Notes under the pieces: model-generated | The model's database searches: none | Seen by the model: only the letters and a program-made list of their open reading frames with translations | What the model was told of the DNA's origin: nothing | NCBI GenBank assembly: GCA_046758505.1 | Contig: JBHIAH010000017.1 | Coordinates: forward strand, 1-45,265 | Source: Candidatus Methylomirabilales bacterium | GTDB lineage: Bacteria; Methylomirabilota; Methylomirabilia; Methylomirabilales; CSP1-5 | Length of the DNA stretch: 45,265 nt | Direction: 5' to 3' | Program-made: the position numbers and the translations under genes | Part shown: positions 25,314-34,129 of the stretch, one piece after another | Layout: each line of letters begins with the position of its first letter | Numbering within the stretch: position 1 is the first letter of the stretch

Positions 25314-26651
25314 ATGAAGGGAGATACGTCTCTTATCGCGGCGCTCGTCCTGATCCTGGCCACCGGGTGTCTGATCCTTCTGCTCTTTCCTGATTCCTCG
25401 GAGGCGGTGCCGGCCTTCGCCCGAAAATACAAGGTCGAGTGTACCGTGTGCCATACGCGACCGCCCCGGCTGAACCCCTTCGGCGAACGGTTCCTGGAAA
25501 ACGGCTACCAGATCCCGGGGACGCAGGACGGTGGGATTGTGGAAAAGCTCAAATTGGGCAATGTGACACTCGACCTCGTCCATAATTACTTCGCGGTGCG
25601 CCTCCGGGGGAACGTCTACCGGCAGTTCGACGTCGAAACAGAGGATGAGGCGAAAGACAAAAAGGAGCTGACCTTTCCCGAGATTGTCAATGTTTTCTTT
25701 GCCGGGACGCTCACCAAGAACGTCGGAACCTTCATTGAGCTGGAGGGGAACATTGAAGAGGAGGAGACCGAGTTCGAGCGGAGTATCCTGAGCTTGAACA
25801 ACCTCTTCGGCGACTGGATCGGTCCTAACGTTGCCCATCTTCGCTTCGGGAAACTGGACCCCTCCGCCTACTTTTCCTTCCCCACCCACCGGCAGCAACT
25901 CCTCCCGGTTCCTGCGGAGATCGAGGGAGGCATGCTCGTGCGCCCCCCACTGGTCCCCAACGCCGGGGCGGCCAAGTTCTTCGGCCTCAGCAATAACGAG
26001 GGCAAATCGATCCTGCCATTGAAGCCGATCCTGTACAATACCACTGACGCGGTGGGTCTCGATCTGCACGGTCGCCCCTTTGGCGATATCTTTCTCTACC
26101 AGATGGGCATCCTCAATGGAGCGGACGAGGAGTTCGGCGACTCGAATACCGCGAAGGATCTTTACGTCATGGGCCGGTTCGACTGGGCCCGTTCCGATCT
26201 CTTCTCCGCTAGCCTCTCCGCCTTTGCGTACTTCGGGTACAACACCGCCAAGGTCGGAAACGACGGGGTGGACTGGCACCGCTACGGCATCGGGGCGAAC
26301 GTCCGGTGGAGGATGATCGACGTGTACGGGGCCTTTGTTTGGGACAAGATCCTGGATCTCTCTTCCACCACCGAGGCAACCTTCGACGATACGGCCTCCG
26401 GCATCACTGTAGAGGCGGATGTGTTGGTCACGAACTGGTTGCTCGCCTCGGTCCGGTTCGACCACCTGAACGCCGGCGGACGCCTTGCCATGAAAGCAGA
26501 CAACACGGTGCTCGGGACGCAGCTCAAGTTCTACCTCACAGACAATATCGGCCTGTATGTCCGAGACGATATCAACCTGCGAGATGAGGGCGAGAGCGCA
26601 CTCGAGAATCTGCGGAATACTTTCCTGGTCGGGGTTGACCTGGCCTTCTAG
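25314..26651 (+). CDS. cyc2: Cyc2-like outer-membrane monoheme cytochrome-porin fusion (copy 2)
   Basis: Signal peptide, then AVPAFARKYKVECTVCHTRPPRLNPFGERFLENGY, a beta-barrel-like body and a C-terminal VGVDLAF. Confidence 0.78.
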   Translation: MKGDTSLIAALVLILATGCLILLLFPDSSEAVPAFARKYKVECTVCHTRPPRLNPFGERFLENGYQIPGTQDGGIVEKLKLGNVTLDLVHNYFAVRLRGNVYRQFDVETEDEAKDKKELTFPEIVNVFFAGTLTKNVGTFIELEGNIEEEETEFERSILSLNNLFGDWIGPNVAHLRFGKLDPSAYFSFPTHRQQLLPVPAEIEGGMLVRPPLVPNAGAAKFFGLSNNEGKSILPLKPILYNTTDAVGLDLHGRPFGDIFLYQMGILNGADEEFGDSNTAKDLYVMGRFDWARSDLFSASLSAFAYFGYNTAKVGNDGVDWHRYGIGANVRWRMIDVYGAFVWDKILDLSSTTEATFDDTASGITVEADVLVTNWLLASVRFDHLNAGGRLAMKADNTVLGTQLKFYLTDNIGLYVRDDINLRDEGESALENLRNTFLVGVDLAF

Positions 26652-26663
26652 TGGAGGGGTGTA

Positions 26664-27425
26664 ATGAGGGAAAAAGTGCAAATGGGAAGTCTCGCCCTGG
26701 CCTCTATTTTCCTCCTTGCCCTACCGGCTTGGGGAGTCAAGCCGCTGGAGACACCAGAGCAGGTGACCCGTGGCAGGGCAATCTTTGAGCAATCGTGTAT
26801 CCTCTGTCACGGGGCCACAGGCGAGGGGGATGGGCCGGCGGCCTTTTTCATCGCCTCGTACGGGGCTCCCCGGCCGCAGAACTTCCATACGGACAACTTC
26901 AAATTTCGCTCAACCCCCTCGGGGATGCTCCCCACCGACGACGACCTGTTCCGGACCCTCACGAGGGGGGTTCCCGGCTTCATGCCCTCCTTCGCCGGGC
27001 TGAACGAACAGGAGCGGTGGCAGGTCATTTACTACATCAAAAGCTTTAACCCCAAATTTCAAACTGAGAAACCGGAGAATGTTGAGATCAAGGTCGGGCA
27101 CCCGCATCTCCCCACTCCGGGCCATCTCGCTCGCGGCAGGAAGCTGTACCGTGCGGCTGGATGTGGCGAGTGCCACGGGAAGAGTGGCCGCGGCGATGGG
27201 GAGAAGGCAGATGCGCTCAAGGATTATCGGGGGTTTCCGATCCGCCCCACCGACCTCACCAATCCCACGGCATTCAAGAACGGGAGCAGCCAGGAGGATA
27301 TCTACCGCACCATCATGACCGGCCTAAACGGGACTCCTATGCCCTCTTATGCGGACGCCTTTGAAGGCATGGAGGACGACATCTGGCACATGGTGCATTA
27401 CATTCTTTCCTTATCGAAAAGATAA
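26664..27425 (+). CDS. Periplasmic diheme cytochrome c
   Basis: CILCH and CGECH, FKFRST...PTDDDLFRT..MPSF, and DIYRTIMTGLNGTPMPSY. Homologous to the N-terminal half of 40920-42551; starts 12 nt after the cyc2-like gene. Confidence 0.9.
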   Translation: MREKVQMGSLALASIFLLALPAWGVKPLETPEQVTRGRAIFEQSCILCHGATGEGDGPAAFFIASYGAPRPQNFHTDNFKFRSTPSGMLPTDDDLFRTLTRGVPGFMPSFAGLNEQERWQVIYYIKSFNPKFQTEKPENVEIKVGHPHLPTPGHLARGRKLYRAAGCGECHGKSGRGDGEKADALKDYRGFPIRPTDLTNPTAFKNGSSQEDIYRTIMTGLNGTPMPSYADAFEGMEDDIWHMVHYILSLSKR

Positions 27426-27677
27426 GAGGACCGCTGGTCACGGCCTCACCAACAGATGGGGGTGGAGTCGGCGGCCTTCCTCACAAGGCGATTTTCCTGT
27501 TCGGCTACATTGAGGATGTCGGACGGTACCGCGTAGAATCTGCGCCCCTGCCACGGGTAGAGGCCCCTCGTTGCGGCCTCTGCCGTTCTCCCCCCTTAGC
27601 CTCTGAACATACCTCGGGTTAGCTGCCGAACCTCCGTTCAACTTGTTGCCCCCGATTTCTTGGCTTGATCGTCCAGC

Positions 27678-27713
27678 ATGATTAGAATCACCAGTCCTCA
27701 TGACAGAGATCAT
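27678..27713. promoter_or_regulatory. Tandem Crp/Fnr-like boxes upstream of the nap-like operon
   Basis: ATGAT-TAGA-ATCAC (27678-27691) and ATGAC-AGAG-ATCAT (27700-27713), 22 nt apart, compared with the FNR consensus TTGAT-N4-ATCAA. Confidence 0.4.
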
Positions 27714-27998
27714 TGATCGAACTCGCCCACCATCTTATGGTCAGCCAATAGAGCTAAAAGAGCCGAAAGGTCCTTTGAGCCCGCGGATCCCTGACAAGCC
27801 CGAGTACCGACTGAGGGGGAGAATCTGCTCGGTCGAGCGACTGTGGCCGGCGGTAACAGCACCAGCCGTCGAGGTGAGCGATTGGCCGAGAGGGTCCGCG
27901 GCCTCGTCTTGCCTTTTCAACTTCACATGTCGTGGGCGACATAGCCTTTGCGTGGCGAGAGGCGTCCGGAGAATGAACAGGAGGGGGAGGGGTGCTTT

Positions 27999-28736
27999 AT
28001 GCGAAAAACGGGCTTGTTCATCATGCTCATCGTGCTCCTCGTCGGAGGACCCCTGGGGTGGGCGGTCTTCCAGGGCGGCGGCGCTGCGGCCTTTGAGAGA
28101 GATTCCCGGTGGAATACCTCGTACTCGGAGGGCCGTGCGCTCTATCTCAAGTACTGCTCCGCCTGCCACGGCACGGATGGTGAGGGGCGGATCGGGCTTC
28201 CCCTCAACCTGCAAAGCTTTCTGACCGTCGCCCCGCCCGGCTACATCCGCCGCTCGATCTTTTACGGGCGGCTGCCCCGGCAGATGACGCCCTTCGGCAC
28301 CATTCTCAGCAAGAAGGAGATCGAGGCCATCGCCACTTACGTGCGCGGCTGGCAGGTGCAGGATTATAAGGGCATCGACGTCAGGCGCGTGGCCGGGTCG
28401 GTGTCGAACGGCAAGCTCCTCTTCAATGGGATCTGCTCCGGCTGCCACGGGAGAGACGGCGTCGGCGGGCCCCAGGTGGGGGGCGGTCACGTGACCAGTG
28501 CGATTGCTGGCTACGCGGGGCCTTCGCTTAACAACCAAGGTTTCCTGAAGTCCGCCACCGACGGCTACATCAAGGCCACGCTCATGTATGGCAGGGTGGG
28601 AACCCCGATGGGGGCCTATCTGAAGGGACGGCAGGGTTTCGTCGAGCTGAGCGAGGAGGAGATCAACGACATCGTGGCCTACATCCGCTCCTGGGAGAGG
28701 CAAGACGCAGGGCCACAAGACCCGTGGAGGGAATAG
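27999..28736 (+). CDS. Membrane-anchored/periplasmic diheme cytochrome c (first gene of the nap-like operon)
   Basis: N-terminal hydrophobic helix, CSACH and CSGCH, distal Met in QMTPF and TPMGAY. ATG 27999 follows GGAGG. Confidence 0.88.
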   Translation: MRKTGLFIMLIVLLVGGPLGWAVFQGGGAAAFERDSRWNTSYSEGRALYLKYCSACHGTDGEGRIGLPLNLQSFLTVAPPGYIRRSIFYGRLPRQMTPFGTILSKKEIEAIATYVRGWQVQDYKGIDVRRVAGSVSNGKLLFNGICSGCHGRDGVGGPQVGGGHVTSAIAGYAGPSLNNQGFLKSATDGYIKATLMYGRVGTPMGAYLKGRQGFVELSEEEINDIVAYIRSWERQDAGPQDPWRE

Positions 28737-28738
28737 CA

Positions 28739-31378
28739 ATGGCTGACATGAATCGACGCAATTTCCTGCAGACATCCGCGGCCTTGGCCACCGGCGTGGC
28801 CATGGGGGGAAAGCTCGTCCGCGACAAGGAGATGTTCCAGTTCGTGACCGAGGCGGAAGCCGCCACCACCGACACCCGCACGCTGGTCCCGACGCAGTGC
28901 CCGTACTGCGGCGTGGGCTGTCAAACCTACTTCGTCGTGGAGAAGGGGAAAATCGTGGCCTCGGTCCCCGACAAGGACTCCCCGGTGAACCAGGGAATGC
29001 AGTGCATCAAGGGACTCACCGCCGCGGAGGCGCTGTACGTGGACCGGCTCGACACCGTCCTCATCCGCAAGGACATGTCGAATCCCCTGACGGGCCACGT
29101 CTCGAAGACAAAGGGACGTTTCGACGACGACGTCTTCCGCGTGGCGACGTGGGAAGAGGCGAGCGAGATCGTTGCCAGCATGGTGGTAAACGTGGTGAAG
29201 AAGTTCGGGGGGAACGCCGTCGGCGTGTACCAGTCGGGCCAGCTCACGATGGAGGAGCAGTGGCTCGATAACATCTTTTACAAGGGGGTCCTGCAATCGA
29301 ACACCATCGAGGCCAACGCGCGGATGTGCATGACCTCCGCCGTCACCGGCTATATCCATAGCCTGGGCAGCGACCACCCCCCAGGAAACTACTCCGACAT
29401 CGAGCAGGCAGATTTCATCAGCCACTGGGGCCATAACGCGCGCGGCTCGCACCCGGTTCTTTTCTGGCGGGTGGCGGCGTCAAAGGAAAAGCGCAACATC
29501 CCGACCATGGTGGTCGATCCGCGCTATACCGGGACCATGGACGGCTACGCCCAGATCAACTCCAACAACAGCCTCTCCATCACCATTCGCCCGAACGGGG
29601 ATATCTCGCTCCAGAACGCCATCGCCCACGTCCTGATGAAAGAGTTTCCCCAGGCGGTGGACGAGGCCTTCATCCGCCGGCATACCGACGGGTTCGAACA
29701 GTACCGCGAGGGCATCATGGCGCGCTACAGCCCGGAGCAGGTCGTCGACCGGACGGGCCTCGCCCCCGCCGTCGTGCGCCGGATCGCCCAGATCTGGGCC
29801 GAGGCGACCCTGCGGGGTCGGCGCCGCGGCCGAGGCGGTGTGCTCACCTTCTGGGGGATCGGATACAACCAGTCGATCCACGGCCAGCACCGCACGATCA
29901 ACCTGATCAATCTCCACCTGCTGACCGGCAACATCGGGCGGCCGGGGTGCGGGCCCTTCTCGATGACGGGGCAGCCCAACGCGATGAGCGAACGCCTCAT
30001 GGGCGGCCTCACCGGCCGGCTCCCCTTCAACGAGGGGCTCAAGAACGCCAGGCACCGCAAGCGCATCAACAAGATGTGGGGCCTGCCGGCGGGCCGCCTC
30101 GACGTCACCGCCGCCGCGCCCAACAAAGGGATGGCGGTCGGCATGTTCGAGCGCGCCTTCAAGGGCGAGGTCAAGGTGATGCAGTTTGCTTACGCGACCC
30201 ACGTTGACCTGCCCGAGGTGAACACCCTCGTCCGGCCGGCGATCACCAAGACCTTTACGTATATGGCCGAGGCGTATCGTCACGCGCCAAACCTGCTGTA
30301 CGCGGACGTCGTGTTCCCCGCGGCGACCCATGGCGAGAAGTGGGGCGTCTACCAGAACAGCGAGCGCCGCATGTACGTCACCGACAAGGCGATGGAGCCG
30401 CCCAAAAACTGCAAGCCCGACCTCGACATCACCATCGACGAGGGGAAGACGATCGCCGGGAAGCTGGGGCTCGACCCGGACAAGGTCTTTCCCTATCGGA
30501 AGAAGGCGAACGGCCGCTACGATCCGGAGGACGTCTTTCGCCACATCTGCCGCTCGAGCAAGGGGACCGACGCGGATCTGACCGGCATCCTCGCGGTGGA
30601 GAAGCGGGACAAGATCTCCCCGTATGAGCAGCTCCGCAAGCTCAAAGGGATCTTTTATCCCGCGCCTACCTATCAGCACGCGAAGCAGGGGGGCATCTCC
30701 CGCAAGTACATGGATCAGGAGGTCGGATGGAAGGATAAGCCCTACGGGGCCTTCCGCCGGAAAGACGGCAGGGCCAAATTCAAGCTGACCGAGCAGGACT
30801 ACTCGCGGGCGAAGGAGCTCATCGGCAAGTTCGAGAAGGTGGGGAAAGATCCAAACCTCTTTGTCACGGACCACTACCAGGTGCTGGTCGAGCTGCGCGA
30901 CAACGCCCTGACGCCGGAGCTCCCCGATTTCGATTTCTACGGCAAATCCCTCGAGGAAATCCGGAGGGCGGACAAGTATCCCTTCTGGCTCAGCCTCGGC
31001 GTGGTCTTCGAGCATTTCCATACGACGAAGACCATCCGGGCGGCCACCACCCGCCGGCTCGTCCCGGAGCAGTACGTGGAGATGAATGACCGCGACGCCA
31101 AACAGCTCGGCGTGCAGGATGGGGAGTGGGTTCGCATCGTCACCCCGCGGGGGAACTACGAGGCGCGGGCGAGCATCGGCACCAAGAGCAAGGTCAAGCC
31201 GGCCCGCAACAAGGTCATGCCGGGCCAGCTCTTCTCCCCGTGGAATCTCTCCGTGGCCGACAGCGCGGATCCGAAGAAGAACCGCTGGATGGTCAACGCG
31301 GTCTCGCACCGCGCCTTTGATCCGGTGTCCGGGCAGGCGGACTTCAAGCACCTGAAGGCGCGGATCGAGAAGATCTGA
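28739..31378 (+). CDS. napA: Tat-exported Mo-bisPGD nitrate-reductase-like catalytic subunit (NapA/NasA family, divergent)
   Basis: Tat NRRNFLQ, [4Fe-4S] motif CPYCGVGC...CIKG, Mo-ligand Cys in NARMCMTSA, GPFSMTGQPNA, NSERR and DPVSGQADFK; followed by napG/napH-like genes. Confidence 0.75.
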   Translation: MADMNRRNFLQTSAALATGVAMGGKLVRDKEMFQFVTEAEAATTDTRTLVPTQCPYCGVGCQTYFVVEKGKIVASVPDKDSPVNQGMQCIKGLTAAEALYVDRLDTVLIRKDMSNPLTGHVSKTKGRFDDDVFRVATWEEASEIVASMVVNVVKKFGGNAVGVYQSGQLTMEEQWLDNIFYKGVLQSNTIEANARMCMTSAVTGYIHSLGSDHPPGNYSDIEQADFISHWGHNARGSHPVLFWRVAASKEKRNIPTMVVDPRYTGTMDGYAQINSNNSLSITIRPNGDISLQNAIAHVLMKEFPQAVDEAFIRRHTDGFEQYREGIMARYSPEQVVDRTGLAPAVVRRIAQIWAEATLRGRRRGRGGVLTFWGIGYNQSIHGQHRTINLINLHLLTGNIGRPGCGPFSMTGQPNAMSERLMGGLTGRLPFNEGLKNARHRKRINKMWGLPAGRLDVTAAAPNKGMAVGMFERAFKGEVKVMQFAYATHVDLPEVNTLVRPAITKTFTYMAEAYRHAPNLLYADVVFPAATHGEKWGVYQNSERRMYVTDKAMEPPKNCKPDLDITIDEGKTIAGKLGLDPDKVFPYRKKANGRYDPEDVFRHICRSSKGTDADLTGILAVEKRDKISPYEQLRKLKGIFYPAPTYQHAKQGGISRKYMDQEVGWKDKPYGAFRRKDGRAKFKLTEQDYSRAKELIGKFEKVGKDPNLFVTDHYQVLVELRDNALTPELPDFDFYGKSLEEIRRADKYPFWLSLGVVFEHFHTTKTIRAATTRRLVPEQYVEMNDRDAKQLGVQDGEWVRIVTPRGNYEARASIGTKSKVKPARNKVMPGQLFSPWNLSVADSADPKKNRWMVNAVSHRAFDPVSGQADFKHLKARIEKI

Positions 31379-31402
31379 TTCCGCGACGGGCAGGGTGATG
31401 CG

Positions 31403-31993
31403 GTGGAGGTGAATCTTAAGCGGCGAACCTTCCTGCGGGCGGGGGCCGTGGGAGCGGCCTTCCTGTGGCTCGGCGCGGGCGGGCGGGTGTTCGCCCGGGT
31501 CGGCGCCCGGCTCCGGCGTTTCCTCCGTCCCCCTGGCGCCTTGCCCGAGGCGGAGTTTCGTGAGCGCTGCATCCGCTGTGCCCGGTGCGCGGCCGTCTGT
31601 CCCAACACCGCCATCCGCATGGCGGACTTTCGGTTTGGCCTCCGCAACCTCAACACCCCCTACATCGTGCCGCGGGAGCAGGCGTGCATGCTCTGCATGA
31701 AGTGCACCGCCGTCTGCCCCACGGGCGCCCTGACCCCGATACCGGCGGACACCGCGGAAATCGTCACGCGCGTGAAGATGGGGCGCGCCTATGTCGATAA
31801 GTCCATGTGCTACTCGTACCAGAAGCGCACCTGCGGCGTGTGCATCCGGGCCTGTCCGTTCCCGGGGGTCGCGATGAAGACGGGCCTGTACGAGCAACCC
31901 ATCGTGACAGCGGTCTGCGTTGGATGCGGCCTCTGCGAGCGTGCCTGCATCCACATCCCCCAGGCGATCCGCATCGCTCCGGTGGAGGCATGA
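31403..31993 (+). CDS. napG: NapG/MauM-family polyferredoxin
   Basis: Tat KRRTFLR, LRPPGA, and cluster motifs CIRCARCAAVCP, CMLCMKCTAVCP, CGVCIRACP and CVGCGLCERAC. Confidence 0.88.
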   Translation: MEVNLKRRTFLRAGAVGAAFLWLGAGGRVFARVGARLRRFLRPPGALPEAEFRERCIRCARCAAVCPNTAIRMADFRFGLRNLNTPYIVPREQACMLCMKCTAVCPTGALTPIPADTAEIVTRVKMGRAYVDKSMCYSYQKRTCGVCIRACPFPGVAMKTGLYEQPIVTAVCVGCGLCERACIHIPQAIRIAPVEA

Positions 31994-31994
31994 C

Positions 31995-33500
31995 ATGATG
32001 CCCCGGTGGCCCCGCCGCGTTGTGCAGCTCTCGGCACTCGCCTTTCTCCTTGCGGTGCCGGCGCTGAACTACGGCGGTGTCCTCTACCAGCAGTACGGCA
32101 AGAACGGCTATCATACGATCGCCCTCATGGGCACGGTCTTCGAGCGGGTCCTCTTCCGGCTCTTCTCGGCCGTCGCGGGGGTCCTGCCCGATCCGGCGGT
32201 CAGCTCGACAGCCGTCGTGGGCGGGTTCGGGACCTTCTCGATCTTCGGCGTCTCCTTCCTCGACCCCGTGGTCGCCCTCGAGACGGGGCTGCGCGTGCCG
32301 GGGGCCTGGGCGGCTCTCCTGGCGGGGGCGGCCCTGCCGCTGCTGCTCGCCGTATTGTTGGGACGGGTCTTTTGCGGGTGGCTCTGTCCCGTGAACACGA
32401 TCCTCGAGGGGTTCGATCTCCTCCGAAAGCGCGCTCTGCCGCGCCTCGGCCTCCGGCCCCCGGACCTTGCGGTGCCCCGGTGGCTGAAGTGGGGCCTCTT
32501 ATTCGCGGGCGTGGCTGCGGCCGTGCTGGCGGATCTCGCCGTATGGGCGAACGTGCTGCTGCACGTTCAGATCGGCCGGGACGTTTTCTCCCTAATGGTC
32601 TTCGGCACGACGACGACGGGAGCTCCGCTTTTCGCGGGAATCATTCTCGGCGAACTGCTTTTCTCGCGTCGGGTGTGGTGCCGGTCGCTCTGCCCCACCG
32701 GTGCCGTCCTCGGCCTGGCGGCCGTGGCGGCCCCGCTCAGGGTGCGCAAGGCGAAGGAACCCTGCGTCAGCGGCTGCGCGGCGTGCGCTCACGTTTGCCC
32801 GATGGGGCTGAACCCGGCGGAGCCGTTCCCGGCGGCCGAATGTTACAACTGTGGACTTTGCGTTTCCATCTGTCCGTCCGGTCTGCTCAGGCTCGGCTTC
32901 CCGCGTCGGCGGCACGCCGTCATTGCGGAGGTTCTTCCCATGGGTAAGTCGGTCGTGGGTGTTGTCCTTGCGGGCACCCTGCTGCTCGCTGCGCCGGCGG
33001 CGGCCCACCACATGCGCGGCCAGCCGCACTACGGCTATGCCGAGAACTATCCGCAGGTCCCGACGAAGGAGACGTACGCCCACATCGGCAACTTCGACGT
33101 CACCGTTGTGAGCTACTTCTTCGAGGGGCTACGCCGTAACCTGTCGGACACACCGCATGACGTGCAGTTCTACGTTGGTGTCACCGATAAACGGACGCAT
33201 CAGGGTTACACCGGACCGCTCTCGATCGAGGTGTGGCGTGAGGGGGGACGCATCGCCGGCTTCGACCACGCACGTCCATTCGAGGAGGCGGTGTACCGCA
33301 TCCGCCAGGCGGTTCCCGGCGCGGGCGAGTACGAGCTCCGCCTCGAGGGGGTGGGGTTTCGCGGGAGTGTCTCCGTCGATGTGGAAGGGGAGTCGGCCCC
33401 GGTGACACCCTACCTTCTGACGGGAGTCGCCCTCTTACTGGGCCTGCTCGTCTTTGTGAACCGGCGGCGCATCCGACTGCCGGCGCGGCGACTGCTGTGA
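31995..33500 (+). CDS. napH: NapH/MauN-family membrane ferredoxin, in frame with an extra exported domain (internal start at 32940)
   Basis: GRVFCGWLCP, WCRSLCP, CVSGCAACAHVCP and CYNCGLCVSICP. No stop occurs before a second signal-peptide-bearing segment MGKSVVG...AAAHHMRGQPH. Confidence 0.82.
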   Translation: MMPRWPRRVVQLSALAFLLAVPALNYGGVLYQQYGKNGYHTIALMGTVFERVLFRLFSAVAGVLPDPAVSSTAVVGGFGTFSIFGVSFLDPVVALETGLRVPGAWAALLAGAALPLLLAVLLGRVFCGWLCPVNTILEGFDLLRKRALPRLGLRPPDLAVPRWLKWGLLFAGVAAAVLADLAVWANVLLHVQIGRDVFSLMVFGTTTTGAPLFAGIILGELLFSRRVWCRSLCPTGAVLGLAAVAAPLRVRKAKEPCVSGCAACAHVCPMGLNPAEPFPAAECYNCGLCVSICPSGLLRLGFPRRRHAVIAEVLPMGKSVVGVVLAGTLLLAAPAAAHHMRGQPHYGYAENYPQVPTKETYAHIGNFDVTVVSYFFEGLRRNLSDTPHDVQFYVGVTDKRTHQGYTGPLSIEVWREGGRIAGFDHARPFEEAVYRIRQAVPGAGEYELRLEGVGFRGSVSVDVEGESAPVTPYLLTGVALLLGLLVFVNRRRIRLPARRLL

Positions 33501-34123
33501 GGATGGGAGCTGTGGGCCACGACGATGTGCTCGACAGGTCTATGGACCGCAAGACCTTTTTGCGCGAGGCGCCGGCCGTGTTGTTGCGTGCTGTCGCCCA
33601 GGGTGCCCGCGAGGCGCGCCCCCCCGCTCCGGAGCCCCCCGTCCCCCTCCTTCGCCCGCCCGGGGCAGCTCCCGAGGAACAATTCCTCGAGCTATGTTGC
33701 GGGATCGGGGCCTGCGCGGCGGCCTGCCCGGCGGACGCCATCCAGCTTCGCCCGCGTGAGGACGATCCCAGCCGTCTCGCCCCGATCGTCGTGCCGGACG
33801 AGGCCCCCTGCGTCGTTTGCGAGGAGCTCGCCTGCATGGCGGCCTGCCCGAGCGGGGCGCTCACGCCGACGACCCGGGAGGCGATCCGCATCGGCCGCGC
33901 CCGGGTGAGCGTCGGGGCCTGCCTGTCCTGGGAGGGCGTGGACCTGGACTGTAATTACTGTGTTGACCGCTGTCCGCTCGGAGTGGCTGCCATTGCGATG
34001 GAAAAAACAGCCCGCGGCAAGGGGCCTCGAGTGAAGGATGGCTGCATTGGCTGCGGGGTGTGTGAGTACTATTGTCCAACCGACCCGGCCGCCATACGGG
34101 TCTTCGAGCGCGAGCCCTCATAG
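33497..34123 (+). CDS. NapF/MauM-like polyferredoxin, probably cytoplasmic
   Basis: LRPPGA, CCGIGACAAACP, CVVCEELACMAACP, CNYCVDRCP and CIGCGVCEYYCP. The degenerate DRKTFL motif lacks a hydrophobic core. Confidence 0.85.
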   Translation: MRMGAVGHDDVLDRSMDRKTFLREAPAVLLRAVAQGAREARPPAPEPPVPLLRPPGAAPEEQFLELCCGIGACAAACPADAIQLRPREDDPSRLAPIVVPDEAPCVVCEELACMAACPSGALTPTTREAIRIGRARVSVGACLSWEGVDLDCNYCVDRCPLGVAAIAMEKTARGKGPRVKDGCIGCGVCEYYCPTDPAAIRVFEREPS

Positions 34124-34129
34124 ACTCAT

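Noticed and set aside
27430..27990. Short ORFs in the gaps 27438-27942, 17570-18070 and 15794-15970
   Set aside because: They have no motifs, no convincing SD and atypical composition; these gaps are more likely regulatory or decayed DNA.
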